Shown here piece by piece: positions 10,765 to 20,056 of a stretch of DNA of 64,000 nucleotides. Each line of letters starts with the position of its first letter. The stretch's first letter is position 1. The notes beneath the pieces are model-generated. The model had not been told where the DNA came from and ran no database searches. It saw nothing but the letters and a program-made list of their open reading frames with translations. Made by a program: the position numbers and the translations under genes. This stretch comes from Candidatus Krumholzibacteriia bacterium (GTDB taxonomy: Bacteria > Krumholzibacteriota > Krumholzibacteriia > LZORAL124-64-63). The stretch spans positions 2,439-66,438 of the forward strand of contig JANTFX010000006.1 in NCBI GenBank assembly GCA_024763215.1, given 5' to 3'.

Positions 10765-13482
10765 TTGAAGCTGATCATCGTCGAATCCCCGGCCAAGGCC
10801 CGCACCATTTCCCGCTTTCTGGGGAAGGGCTACGAGGTCACGTCCAGTTACGGTCATATCAGGGACCTTCCCGGTTCGGCGGCGGAAATCCCCGCCAAGT
10901 ACAAGAAAGAGCCCTGGGCCAGGCTCGGGGTCAACCCCGATGACGGCTACAAGCCCGTCTACGTGGTATCCAAGGACAGCAAGAAGCAGGTGGCCGAACT
11001 CCGCAAACTGGTCGCCAAGGCGGACGAGATCCTGCTGGCCACGGATGAGGACCGCGAGGGGGAGGCCATCAGCTGGCACCTGCTGGAGGTGCTCAAGCCC
11101 AAGGTCCCGGTCAAGCGCATCACCTTCCACGAGATCACCAAGGACGCGATCAACGCCGCCCTGGAGAACCCGCGGGACATCGACATGCAGGTCGTGCGGG
11201 CCCAGGAAGGGCGCCGGATCCTGGACCGGTTGTTCGGATACAGCCTTTCGCCCGTGCTCTGGAAGAAGGTCCGCACCCGCCTCTCGGCCGGGCGGGTCCA
11301 GAGCGTCGCCGTGCGCCTGGTCGTCGAGCGGGAGGAGCAGCGGCAGGCATTCCACAGCGCCGAGTATTTCGACATCGAGGCGTTGCTGACCGCCGGCGAC
11401 CTTCATTTCACCGCGCGCCTGGTTGCCGTCGACGGTGTCAAGCCCGCCGGGGCCAAGGATTTCGACCCCGATACCGGGCAACTCCGCAAACCCGGCGAGC
11501 GGATCCTGCTGGGTGCCAAGGAGGCGGCCGCCCTGGCCGAGGCTGCCAAGGTCACCGTCCCCTGGGAAGTCCTGGCGGTGGAAGCCAAGGAGACCGCCCA
11601 GCGCCCAGCGCCGCCGTTTACGACCTCCACCCTGCAGCAGGCCGCCAGCAGCCGGCTGCGCATGTCGCCCAGCCGGGTCATGCGCATCGCCCAGCGCCTG
11701 TACGAGGGTGTTGGCATGGGCGGGGACCGCGAAGGTCTGATCACCTATATGCGTACCGATTCGTTGACCATGAGCGAAAAGGCGCTGGTCGAGGCCGAAG
11801 CGGTGATCAAGGACCGCTTCGGGCCGCAGTTCACCAAGGGGCCGCGGCGCTACCGGACCAAGTCCAAGGGCGCCCAGGAAGCCCACGAGGCCATCCGCCC
11901 CACGGTGCTGGCCAGGACTCCCGAGGACGTCAAGCCCTTCCTGGAAGCCGATGAGCTGGCCGTCTACACCCTGATCTGGAACCGGGCCCTGGCTTCCCAG
12001 ATGGCGGACGCCAGGCTTGCCAAGACCGCCGTGGATTTCGGAGTCAAGGCGGCCGGGAAGGACCTGGTCCTGCGCGCCAACGGCTCGGTGGTCAAGTTCC
12101 CCGGGTTCCTGCTGGTCTATGGCCGTTCGGACAAGGATGCGATCCTGCCGCCCCTGCATCAGGGCCAGGCGATCGGTACGCCGGATCAGGCCGATGGGGT
12201 CGAGGTCCAGGACGTCGAGGCCCTGCGCCACAGCACCCAGCCACCGGCCCGCTATACCGAAGCCTCCCTGATCAAGAAGCTGGAAGAGGAGGGCATCGGA
12301 CGGCCGTCCACCTACGCCACGGTCATTTCCACCATCCAGTCGCGCCAGTACGTGGTGAAGAAGGGGGGCGCGCTGCTGCCCTCGTACATCGGCATGGCGG
12401 TCACCCAGCTGCTGCGCGACCATTTCAACCAGTACGTCGACATCAAGTTCACCGCCCGCATGGAGGAGGACCTGGACCGCATCGCCGCCGGCGAAGTGGA
12501 CTGGGTGGAATTCCTGGATTGCTTCTACAGGGGCTGCGGCAGCAACCAGGACGAAGGGCTTGACGCCGTCATCGCCCGGGAGCTGGACAGGATCGAATTC
12601 CCACGCCTGCCCCTGGGCGAGGACCCGCAGACCGGCAAGCCGGTGGTGCTGAGGATCGGGCGCAACTACGTCTCGGTGGAGATCGAGGGCGAGGAGGGAA
12701 AAAGGGCCACGGTGCCCGTGGACATGCTCATCGACGAGCTGACCTGCGAGAAGGCGTTGGCCCTGATCCAGCAGAAGGAGCGCAGCAAGGAGCCCATAGG
12801 CACCCATCCCGAAACCGGTCAGAACATCTACGCCCTGGTGGGTCCTTTCGGCCCTTACCTCCAGCTGGGGGAGCAGGAAGGGGACCAGAAGCCCAAGCGG
12901 ATCAGTCTGGGCAAGAAGACGGACCCTTCGACCATCGATCAGGCCTACGCCCTGAAGCTCCTGTCCCTGCCCCGGGAGATCGGCACCGATCCCGAGACGG
13001 GCAAGCCTGTGCGGGCCGGCCTGGGGCGATTCGGACCCTACGTGGAATCCAACCGGGTTTTCGCCAGCGTGCAGACCGTCGACACCCTGTTCACCATCAC
13101 CCTCGAAGAGGCCCTGGACCGGATCCGCAACAAGAACCGCAAGCCGGTGCTGCGGGAACTCGGCACCCATCCGGCCACCGGCAAGGCCCTGCAGATCCTC
13201 AAGGGCCGGTACGGCCCCTATGTCACCGACGGTCAGGTCAACGCTTCCCTTGGGCGGGATACCGACCCGGAAGAGGTCACCATGGATGAAGCGGTGTCCC
13301 TGCTCAAGGCCGCTGCCGAACGGGGACCTGCGAAGGGAAAGAAGAAGGTGGTCCGGAAAAAGACCGCCAAGAAGAAGACGACCAAGAAAAAAACGGCAAA
13401 GAAAAAGACCGCCAAGAAGAAGGCCGTCAAGAAGAAGGTGACCAAGAAGGCCCCGCAGAAGCGCACGGTGCCTGAGGCATGA
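10765..13482 (+). CDS. topA: DNA topoisomerase I with Topo_C repeats and Lys-rich tail
   Basis: LIIVESPAKA, ATDEDREGEAI, SAGRVQS, ITYMRTDS (catalytic Tyr), GIGRPSTYA; G(R/P)(F/Y)GPY repeats; KKKTA tail. TTG start. Confidence 0.97.
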   Translation: MKLIIVESPAKARTISRFLGKGYEVTSSYGHIRDLPGSAAEIPAKYKKEPWARLGVNPDDGYKPVYVVSKDSKKQVAELRKLVAKADEILLATDEDREGEAISWHLLEVLKPKVPVKRITFHEITKDAINAALENPRDIDMQVVRAQEGRRILDRLFGYSLSPVLWKKVRTRLSAGRVQSVAVRLVVEREEQRQAFHSAEYFDIEALLTAGDLHFTARLVAVDGVKPAGAKDFDPDTGQLRKPGERILLGAKEAAALAEAAKVTVPWEVLAVEAKETAQRPAPPFTTSTLQQAASSRLRMSPSRVMRIAQRLYEGVGMGGDREGLITYMRTDSLTMSEKALVEAEAVIKDRFGPQFTKGPRRYRTKSKGAQEAHEAIRPTVLARTPEDVKPFLEADELAVYTLIWNRALASQMADARLAKTAVDFGVKAAGKDLVLRANGSVVKFPGFLLVYGRSDKDAILPPLHQGQAIGTPDQADGVEVQDVEALRHSTQPPARYTEASLIKKLEEEGIGRPSTYATVISTIQSRQYVVKKGGALLPSYIGMAVTQLLRDHFNQYVDIKFTARMEEDLDRIAAGEVDWVEFLDCFYRGCGSNQDEGLDAVIARELDRIEFPRLPLGEDPQTGKPVVLRIGRNYVSVEIEGEEGKRATVPVDMLIDELTCEKALALIQQKERSKEPIGTHPETGQNIYALVGPFGPYLQLGEQEGDQKPKRISLGKKTDPSTIDQAYALKLLSLPREIGTDPETGKPVRAGLGRFGPYVESNRVFASVQTVDTLFTITLEEALDRIRNKNRKPVLRELGTHPATGKALQILKGRYGPYVTDGQVNASLGRDTDPEEVTMDEAVSLLKAAAERGPAKGKKKVVRKKTAKKKTTKKKTAKKKTAKKKAVKKKVTKKAPQKRTVPEA
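13356..13449 (+). repeat. Degenerate 15-nt tandem repeat encoding the KKKT(A/T) tail of TopA
   Basis: GAAAAAGACCGCCAAGAAGAAG occurs exactly at 13356-13377 and 13401-13422, with diverged 15-nt units between and after. Confidence 0.8.
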
Positions 13483-14822
13483 CGGACGTTCATGTCGTCG
13501 GGGGTGGGCTGGCAGGCACCGAGGCCGCCCTGCAGCTTGCCGCCCGCGGAATATCCGTGACGCTGCACGAGATGAGGCCCCGGGTCAGCTCCCCCGCCCA
13601 CCGTACCGGTCTTCTGGCCGAACTGGTCTGCAGCAATTCCCTCAAGAGCCTTGATCCGGACACCGCTTCCGGCTGCCTCAAGGCCGAACTCGAACTGCTG
13701 GGTTGCCGGTTGCTGGGTGCGGCATCCCGGGCGGCCGTGCCCGCAGGCGCGGCCCTGGCGGTCGATCCGGCTGCCTTCGCCGCCGAGGTGGAGGAAATGG
13801 TCGGGGGCGAGGATCTGATCAGGCTGGTCCGTGACCAGATCCAGGCGCTGGAGCCCGGCCCGGACCGGCTGTGGGTGGTCTGCAGCGGGCCCTTGACCAG
13901 CCCCACGTTGCAGACCGAGTTGGGTGGGATCGCCGGGCGGCCGGGTCTGCATTTCTTCGACGCCATCGCACCCACGGTGACCTTGGATTCCCTGGACACC
14001 TCGGTGATCTACCGCGCGGCCCGGTACGGCAAGGGAGACGCGGACTACCTCAACATCCCCCTGGACCAGCGGGCGTACGAGGAGTTGGTCGCCGACCTCC
14101 TGGCGGCCGAGAAGATCACCGTCAAGGACTTCGACCGCGGCATGCTCTTCGACGGTTGCCAGCCCATAGAAGAGATCGCGGCCTCCGGTCCCCGGACCCT
14201 GGCCTTCGGCCCCTTGCGCCCGGTGGGGCTGGAGAACCCGCATACGGGCGAGCGCCCTTTCGCGGTCGTGCAGCTGCGGCAGGAGAACCGCGAGGGGACC
14301 CTGTACGGGCTGGTGGGGTTCCAGACCCGGATCAAGCATCCGGAGCAGAAACGGATCCTGCGCAAGCTGCCGGGGATGCAGTCGGCTGAGTTCGTGCGCC
14401 TGGGCCAGATGCACCGCAACTTCTACCTGGATAGCCCCCGGGTGCTGGCTCGTGATTTCAGCTTTCCCCGACGCCCGGATGTCTTCGTCGCGGGCCAGAT
14501 CACCGGCGTCGAGGGGTACGTTGAGTCCATGGCCTCGGGGCTCGTCACCGCTTTGAAGGTGGCGGCCCGGATCCAGGGGCTGGCCCTGCCCCCCTTGCCA
14601 CCGGAAACCATCTGTGGCAGGTTGTTGGAGGGCTTCCTGTTCGACGATACCTCCTCGCGGCTGACCCCGATGAACGCCAACTTCGGCCTGCTGCCTCCGC
14701 CGCCGGGAAAAGTTCGGGGCAAGAAGGCCCGCAAGGAGGCCAAGTCCGCACGCGCCCGCGAGGCCATGCGGTTCTGGGCCGAGGCCTTGCCGGACCAGCC
14801 AGTCCGGCGCCGTCCGAGGTGA
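13479..14822 (+). CDS. trmFO: Folate/FAD-dependent tRNA m5U54 methyltransferase
   Basis: VVGGGLAGTEAA, AELVCSNSL, FFDAIAP, VVQLRQE, GQMHRN, AGQITGVEGYVES, PMNANFGL. Conserved topA-trmFO-xerC order. Confidence 0.96.
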   Translation: MTDVHVVGGGLAGTEAALQLAARGISVTLHEMRPRVSSPAHRTGLLAELVCSNSLKSLDPDTASGCLKAELELLGCRLLGAASRAAVPAGAALAVDPAAFAAEVEEMVGGEDLIRLVRDQIQALEPGPDRLWVVCSGPLTSPTLQTELGGIAGRPGLHFFDAIAPTVTLDSLDTSVIYRAARYGKGDADYLNIPLDQRAYEELVADLLAAEKITVKDFDRGMLFDGCQPIEEIAASGPRTLAFGPLRPVGLENPHTGERPFAVVQLRQENREGTLYGLVGFQTRIKHPEQKRILRKLPGMQSAEFVRLGQMHRNFYLDSPRVLARDFSFPRRPDVFVAGQITGVEGYVESMASGLVTALKVAARIQGLALPPLPPETICGRLLEGFLFDDTSSRLTPMNANFGLLPPPPGKVRGKKARKEAKSARAREAMRFWAEALPDQPVRRRPR

Positions 14823-15790
14823 ACATGGAACGGATCGTCCGCCAGTACAGGGACCACCTGGCAGTGGAGAGGGGGCTGAGTCCCCGCACGGTGGCGGCGT
14901 ACATGCGGGATGTCCGCAGCTACCTTCAGGACCGGCCCGGGGGGCTGGAAGAGCCCCTTGCGGCCGGCGACCTGGTCTCGGGCCGGGACTGGCTGCGCGT
15001 GCACCTTGCCCGCCTGCGCCGCAACGGCTGCCAGCCATCGACCATCGACCGCCACCTGGCCGCCATCCGTTCGTTCTACGGCTTTCTGCTTCTGACCGGC
15101 CGCATCGAGAGGGTGCCCCTGTTGGTGACCACCGGCAAGGGTGGTCGCCGCCGCAAGCTGCCCAGGGATCTGGCAGTTGAAAACGTGCTTGCCCTCCTGG
15201 CGCTCCCCGACGAGGCGACGTTGCGCGGAGCGCGCGACCGCGCCATCCTGGAGCTGGCCTACGGGCTGGGCCTGCGGTTGTCCGAGATCGTGGGCCTGGA
15301 CCTGAAGGACCTGGACTTCCCCGACCGGCGCCTGCGCGTGCTGGGCAAGGGCAACCGGGAAAGGATCCTGCCGCTTGACGGCTGCCCCCTGGAGGCCTTG
15401 AGCGCGTACCTGGGCCGACGCTGTGCTCCGGAACGCTGGCTGGCGATCCGGGATGGTTCGGTAGGCGGTCCGGAAGCGCGGATCCCCGTATTTTTCGGGC
15501 GGGGCCGGCGGAGGATCTCCCCACGCACCGTCCAGGCCATGGTCGCCCGCTATTGCGGGGAACTGGCCGGCATGCAGGGGGTTTCCCCTCACACCCTGCG
15601 GCATTCCTTCGCCACGCATCTGCTCGATGGTGGCGCGGGGATCAGGATCGTCCAGGAACTGCTGGGTCACAAGAACCTGGCGACCACCCAGATCTACACC
15701 CACTTGAGCCGCAGCCGGCTGCGGGAGGCCTACGATGCCGCCCATCCCCGCGCCCGGCAGGCGGAAACCGAACCGAAGGATCAGGTATGA
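14819..15790 (+). CDS. xerC: Tyrosine recombinase XerC
   Basis: GLRLSE, VLGKGNRER, SPHTLRHSFATHLL, LLGH..L.TTQIYTH. Located between trmFO and hslV. Alternative start ATG 14825. Confidence 0.88.
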   Translation: MNMERIVRQYRDHLAVERGLSPRTVAAYMRDVRSYLQDRPGGLEEPLAAGDLVSGRDWLRVHLARLRRNGCQPSTIDRHLAAIRSFYGFLLLTGRIERVPLLVTTGKGGRRRKLPRDLAVENVLALLALPDEATLRGARDRAILELAYGLGLRLSEIVGLDLKDLDFPDRRLRVLGKGNRERILPLDGCPLEALSAYLGRRCAPERWLAIRDGSVGGPEARIPVFFGRGRRRISPRTVQAMVARYCGELAGMQGVSPHTLRHSFATHLLDGGAGIRIVQELLGHKNLATTQIYTHLSRSRLREAYDAAHPRARQAETEPKDQV

Positions 15791-16353
15791 AAATCAGATC
15801 GACCACCGTGTTGGCGGTTTTGCGAGAGGGACGTGGGGCCATGGCCAGCGATGGCCAGGTGACCCTGGGCACCACCATCGCCAAGCATGGCGCGGTGAAG
15901 GTACGTCCCATGTTCAAGGGCAGGGTCCTGGCCGGCTTCGCGGGCGGGGCGGCCGACGCCCTGACCCTGTTCGAAAAGTTCGAAGGCCACCTGGAGCGCT
16001 ATCGCGGGCACCTGCGCCGGGCCACGGTGGAACTGGCCCGCGAATGGCGCAGCGACCGCATCCTGCGCAAGCTGGAGGCCATGATGCTCGTGATGGACCA
16101 CAAGGACATCTTCCTGGTCTCGGGCAACGGGGACATCATCGAGAGCGACGACAAGCTGGCCGCCATCGGCAGCGGGGGGCCCTACGCGCTGGCGGCGGCC
16201 CGGGCCCTGGTCCGCAACACGGAACTTTCCGCCGCCGAGATTTGCGACCGGTCCCTGCGCATCGCGGGCGAGATCTGCATCTACACCAATCAGAACGTTT
16301 CCCTGCTGGAACTCGAGGCGGGCGACGATGAGACGGACGGCGGGGAGGTTTGA
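15787..16353 (+). CDS. hslV: ATP-dependent protease peptidase subunit HslV
   Basis: MKIRS-TTVLAV, SDGQVTLG, AGFAG..ADA, IGSGG.YA, ICIYTN. ATG 15787 overlaps the xerC stop. Confidence 0.97.
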   Translation: MKIRSTTVLAVLREGRGAMASDGQVTLGTTIAKHGAVKVRPMFKGRVLAGFAGGAADALTLFEKFEGHLERYRGHLRRATVELAREWRSDRILRKLEAMMLVMDHKDIFLVSGNGDIIESDDKLAAIGSGGPYALAAARALVRNTELSAAEICDRSLRIAGEICIYTNQNVSLLELEAGDDETDGGEV

Positions 16354-16354
16354 C

Positions 16355-17713
16355 ATGAGGATCAAAACACCCTCGAAGCGGGCCATGTGGACCTGCCCGG
16401 AAATCGTGGAGCTGTTGGATCGCTTCATCGTGGGGCAGGGGGAGGCCAAGCGCGCCGTGGCCATCGCCCTGCGCAACCGCTGGCGCCGCATGCAGCTGCC
16501 GGAGGAGGTGCGGCGGGAAGTCGTGCCCAACAACATCATCCTCATCGGGCCCACCGGGGTCGGCAAGACGGAGATCGCCCGCCGGCTGGCGCAGATCGCC
16601 GACATCCCCTTCCTCAAGGTCGAGGCCACCAAGTTCACCGAAAAGGGCTACGTGGGCCGGGACGTGGACTCCATGGTGCGGGACCTCGTGGAGAACGCCA
16701 TCGGCCTGGTCCGGCGCCGCGCGGAGAAAAAGTTCACCGCGGCCATGGAACAGGCCGTCGAGGAGCAGTTGCTGGACATCCTGTTCCCGCCGCTGCCCGG
16801 GATGGAACAGGAGCCCGAGCGGCGCGGCCGGTGGGAACGCAGCCGCGCCAAGATCGCCCAGCAGCTCCAGGAAGGAGCCCTGGAGGAGAGGGAAGTGACC
16901 ATCACCAGCGAGGAGAACAAGGTTCCCATCGCCAACATCTTCACCTCCGCCGGCGAGGAATTCGACGCCTCCTTCGGCGAGAGCCTCAAGGAACTATTCC
17001 CCAAGAAGAAGACCGAGAAGAAGGTGACCGTGGCCAGGGCGCGCAAGCTCCTGCGGGAGCAGGAGGCCCAGCGCCGCCTGGACATGGACCAGATCGTGGC
17101 CGAGGCCATCGACCTGACCGAGAACGGGGGCGTCATCTTCCTGGACGAGATCGACAAGATCGCCGGCAAGAGCGGCCACGGATCCGGGCCCGACGTCTCG
17201 CGTGAAGGCGTCCAGCGCGACCTGCTGCCCATCGTCGAAGGCACGGCGGTCAGCACCAAGTACGGCCTGGTCAAGACCGATCACATCCTGTTCATGGCCG
17301 CCGGGGCCTTCCACATGAGCAAGCCCAGCGACCTGATCCCCGAGCTCCAGGGTCGTTTCCCCATCCGGGTCGAGCTGTCCAGCCTGGACCAGGAGGATTT
17401 CGTGCGCATCCTGCGCGACACCGAGGGTTCCCTGGTGCAGCAGTACACCGCGCTGCTGGAGGTGGACCACTGCCGGCTTTCCTTCGCGCCGGAGGCCCTG
17501 CAGGAGATCGCCCGTCTGGCCTCCGAGCTCAACAAACGCATGGAGAATATCGGTGCCCGGCGCCTGCAGACCCTCATGGCGCAGCTGCTGGACGACTGGT
17601 TGTTCCGGGTGCCCGACGACGGCCCCCAGGAGCTTCTCGTCGATGCCGACTATGTGAACAAGGTCCTGGCTGATATCATCCGCGACGAGGACCTCAGCCG
17701 CTACATCCTGTGA
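16355..17713 (+). CDS. hslU: ATP-dependent protease ATPase subunit HslU
   Basis: IALRNRWRR, GPTGVGKTEIARR, FLDEIDKI, GVQRDLLP, ELQGRFPIRV, NIGARRL, DLSRYIL. Confidence 0.97.
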   Translation: MRIKTPSKRAMWTCPEIVELLDRFIVGQGEAKRAVAIALRNRWRRMQLPEEVRREVVPNNIILIGPTGVGKTEIARRLAQIADIPFLKVEATKFTEKGYVGRDVDSMVRDLVENAIGLVRRRAEKKFTAAMEQAVEEQLLDILFPPLPGMEQEPERRGRWERSRAKIAQQLQEGALEEREVTITSEENKVPIANIFTSAGEEFDASFGESLKELFPKKKTEKKVTVARARKLLREQEAQRRLDMDQIVAEAIDLTENGGVIFLDEIDKIAGKSGHGSGPDVSREGVQRDLLPIVEGTAVSTKYGLVKTDHILFMAAGAFHMSKPSDLIPELQGRFPIRVELSSLDQEDFVRILRDTEGSLVQQYTALLEVDHCRLSFAPEALQEIARLASELNKRMENIGARRLQTLMAQLLDDWLFRVPDDGPQELLVDADYVNKVLADIIRDEDLSRYIL

Positions 17714-17801
17714 GCCTTTCAGGTGGCGCCGCCGCCTTTGCCGGTTATTTTTGCCGGGCCGAGACGAACATGGACCGGGAACCCCAGACAAGGAGCCAAC
17801 C

Positions 17802-18731
17802 GTGAATTCCGCCCAAACCAATGCCCGCAAGGATTTCGTGGCCATCGACGATTACAGCCTGGAGGAGCTCCGGACGATCCTGGAACTGGCCCGCAAGCAG
17901 AAGCCCCTGGCCCGCGAACACCGGCTGCCCGCTTCGCATCCGGGACGGGTGCTGGCCTGCGTCTTCGCCAAGCCGAGTTTGCGCACCCGCATCAGCTTCG
18001 AGGTGGCCATGGGCCAGCTCGGCGGCCGGTCGCTCTTCGTCACCGACAAGGAGATCGGCATGGGCAAGCGGGAATCGGTGCACGACGTGGCCAAGGTCCT
18101 CAGCCGCCTGGTCGATGGGATCATGATCCGCTGGTTCGACCACGATGAGGTCGTCCAGCTCGCCTCCCATGCCACGGTTCCGGTGGTCAACGGGCTGACC
18201 GACCTGAACCACCCCTGCCAGGTCATGGCCGACATCATGACCATCGAGGAGCACCTGGGCTCCATCGACGGCAAGACGGTGGTCATGGTCGGGGACGGCA
18301 ATAACCTGGCCAACAGCTGGCTCAACGCCTCCATCCGGTTCCCCTTCAACTTCATCCTGGCCTGCCCGGAAGGCTACACGCCGGACGAAGGCATCCTGCG
18401 CAAGGCCGAGGCCGCCGGCGCCTCCTTCATGATCACCCATGACCCGACCGAGGCCGTCCAGGGCGCCCACGTGATCTACAGCGACGCCTTCTACAGCATG
18501 GGCCAGGAGGCCGAGGCCCAGCAGCGGCGCCGGGATTTCGCGCCCTTCCGCATCACCACCGAACTCCTGGCCGGCGCCGACCCCGAGCATATCGTGCTGC
18601 ACTGCCTGCCCGCGCACCGGGGCGAGGAGATCACCGACGAGGTGATGGACGGGCCTCATTCGGTGGTCTTCGACGAAGCCGAAAACCGGCTGCACGCCCA
18701 GCGGGCCATCCTGGCGACGCTCATCAAGTGA
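17802..18731 (+). CDS. argF: Ornithine carbamoyltransferase
   Basis: KPSLRTRISF, HPCQ, GDGNN, DAFYSMG, HCLPA, EAENRLH. GTG 17802 follows AGGAG. Confidence 0.93.
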   Translation: MNSAQTNARKDFVAIDDYSLEELRTILELARKQKPLAREHRLPASHPGRVLACVFAKPSLRTRISFEVAMGQLGGRSLFVTDKEIGMGKRESVHDVAKVLSRLVDGIMIRWFDHDEVVQLASHATVPVVNGLTDLNHPCQVMADIMTIEEHLGSIDGKTVVMVGDGNNLANSWLNASIRFPFNFILACPEGYTPDEGILRKAEAAGASFMITHDPTEAVQGAHVIYSDAFYSMGQEAEAQQRRRDFAPFRITTELLAGADPEHIVLHCLPAHRGEEITDEVMDGPHSVVFDEAENRLHAQRAILATLIK

Positions 18732-20056
18732 TGGCAGCCGGGGCTGGCAGGAGACCGGGACGGATTCTGGCCCTGGCCTTCGGGCTGTGCCTGACGGGCC
18801 TGGCCGCCTGTGCGGTGGTGGAGGCCCCGCCCGGCGGCCCGGTCGATGAGATCCCGCCCGCCCTGGTGTCCTTCCAGCCTGATTCGGCGGCCGTCGTGGC
18901 AGGTCCGGTGGATCGCCTGGAGTTTTCCTTCAGCGAGAAGATGAACCGCATCTCGGCGGGGAGCTGGCTGCACCTGTACCCGCCGCGGAAATTCCGCAAG
19001 ACCTCGTGGCACGGCGCCATCCGCGCCGAGGTTCAGCTCGAGGAGCCGCTGCCTCCCGATACGGTCGTGGTGGTCGAGGTCAGCGCCAAGATGAAGGATG
19101 CCCACAAGGTTGCGGGCCAGATCGAGCGCAGGTTCCCGGTGGTCACCGGCGGCACCCTGCCCGCAGGCAGGATCAGCGGTTCCCTGGTCATGGGCGATTC
19201 CGCCCTGGCCGGCGGCGTGGTCGAACTCTACGCCGTGCCCCCCGACACCGCCTCCTGGGACGAGCAGCCCCTCCTGCGCAGGACGCGTAGCGGACCCGAC
19301 GGCGTATTCCATCTGGACTGGCTGCCGGTGCCCGGCGGGCCCTACCTTCTGCATGCCTTCGACGATCCCGACCAGAACGCGCGGCGCGGCGACAAGGAGG
19401 CTCATCGACTGCTGCCCGATACGGTCAGCATCACGCAGGAGACCCCCGCGGTGGAACTGGCCGCCTGTGAACTCTACCCTGTGGACACCCCCGGCAAGTT
19501 GCGTCTGCTCCCGAGAGAGAACATGCCGGCCAACCCCCGCTACCTGGTCTTCATCCAGGGCATCGCCGAGGACGACACGGGCTGGGCACCGGCGCCGGCC
19601 GCCTTCGATTCGACCGTGTTCACGGTGCTCGATTCCGCCTTCACCGACACCCTGTCCGGGGTTCCCCCAGGCCCGGACCGGGTGATCCTGTTCGCGGACC
19701 TGGACCGCGATTCATCCTTCTCGGTCATCCCCGAGTCGTTGATCACCGGCCGGGCCGATACCCTGCTGTACGCCCTGTCGGATTCCGTTGCCGACACCAC
19801 GGGGTTCGCCCTCGAACCCTGGTTGGGGATGGAACCGGTGCTGGTCGAGCCCGGTCTGCTCAACAATCTCGAGCTGTCTGCCGATCCCTTCGTCATCGTG
19901 CCCTGGCCTGTTCCGGAGCCGAAGACCGGGAGCGCGGGCACCGAGGCGGATTCCACGACCGCGGCCCTCGACAGCACCGCCACCGCCCCTGCGGCGGCGG
20001 CCCCCGATTCCACCGTCGGCATGGGGGAGGAGGAAATTCAGACCCATGAGCAGTGA
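18728..20056 (+). CDS. Ig-like (Big_5) domain lipoprotein
   Basis: Lipobox LAAC followed by A...PPGGP.D..PP and FSFSEKM, typical of the FCB-group Ig-like lipoprotein family. Confidence 0.7.
   Translation: MMAAGAGRRPGRILALAFGLCLTGLAACAVVEAPPGGPVDEIPPALVSFQPDSAAVVAGPVDRLEFSFSEKMNRISAGSWLHLYPPRKFRKTSWHGAIRAEVQLEEPLPPDTVVVVEVSAKMKDAHKVAGQIERRFPVVTGGTLPAGRISGSLVMGDSALAGGVVELYAVPPDTASWDEQPLLRRTRSGPDGVFHLDWLPVPGGPYLLHAFDDPDQNARRGDKEAHRLLPDTVSITQETPAVELAACELYPVDTPGKLRLLPRENMPANPRYLVFIQGIAEDDTGWAPAPAAFDSTVFTVLDSAFTDTLSGVPPGPDRVILFADLDRDSSFSVIPESLITGRADTLLYALSDSVADTTGFALEPWLGMEPVLVEPGLLNNLELSADPFVIVPWPVPEPKTGSAGTEADSTTAALDSTATAPAAAAPDSTVGMGEEEIQTHEQ

Noticed and set aside
17802..18731. N-acetylornithine or other variant carbamoyltransferase because of SLRT
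   Set aside because: The ornithine-binding DxxxSMG and HCLP motifs are intact, so this is an ordinary OTCase.
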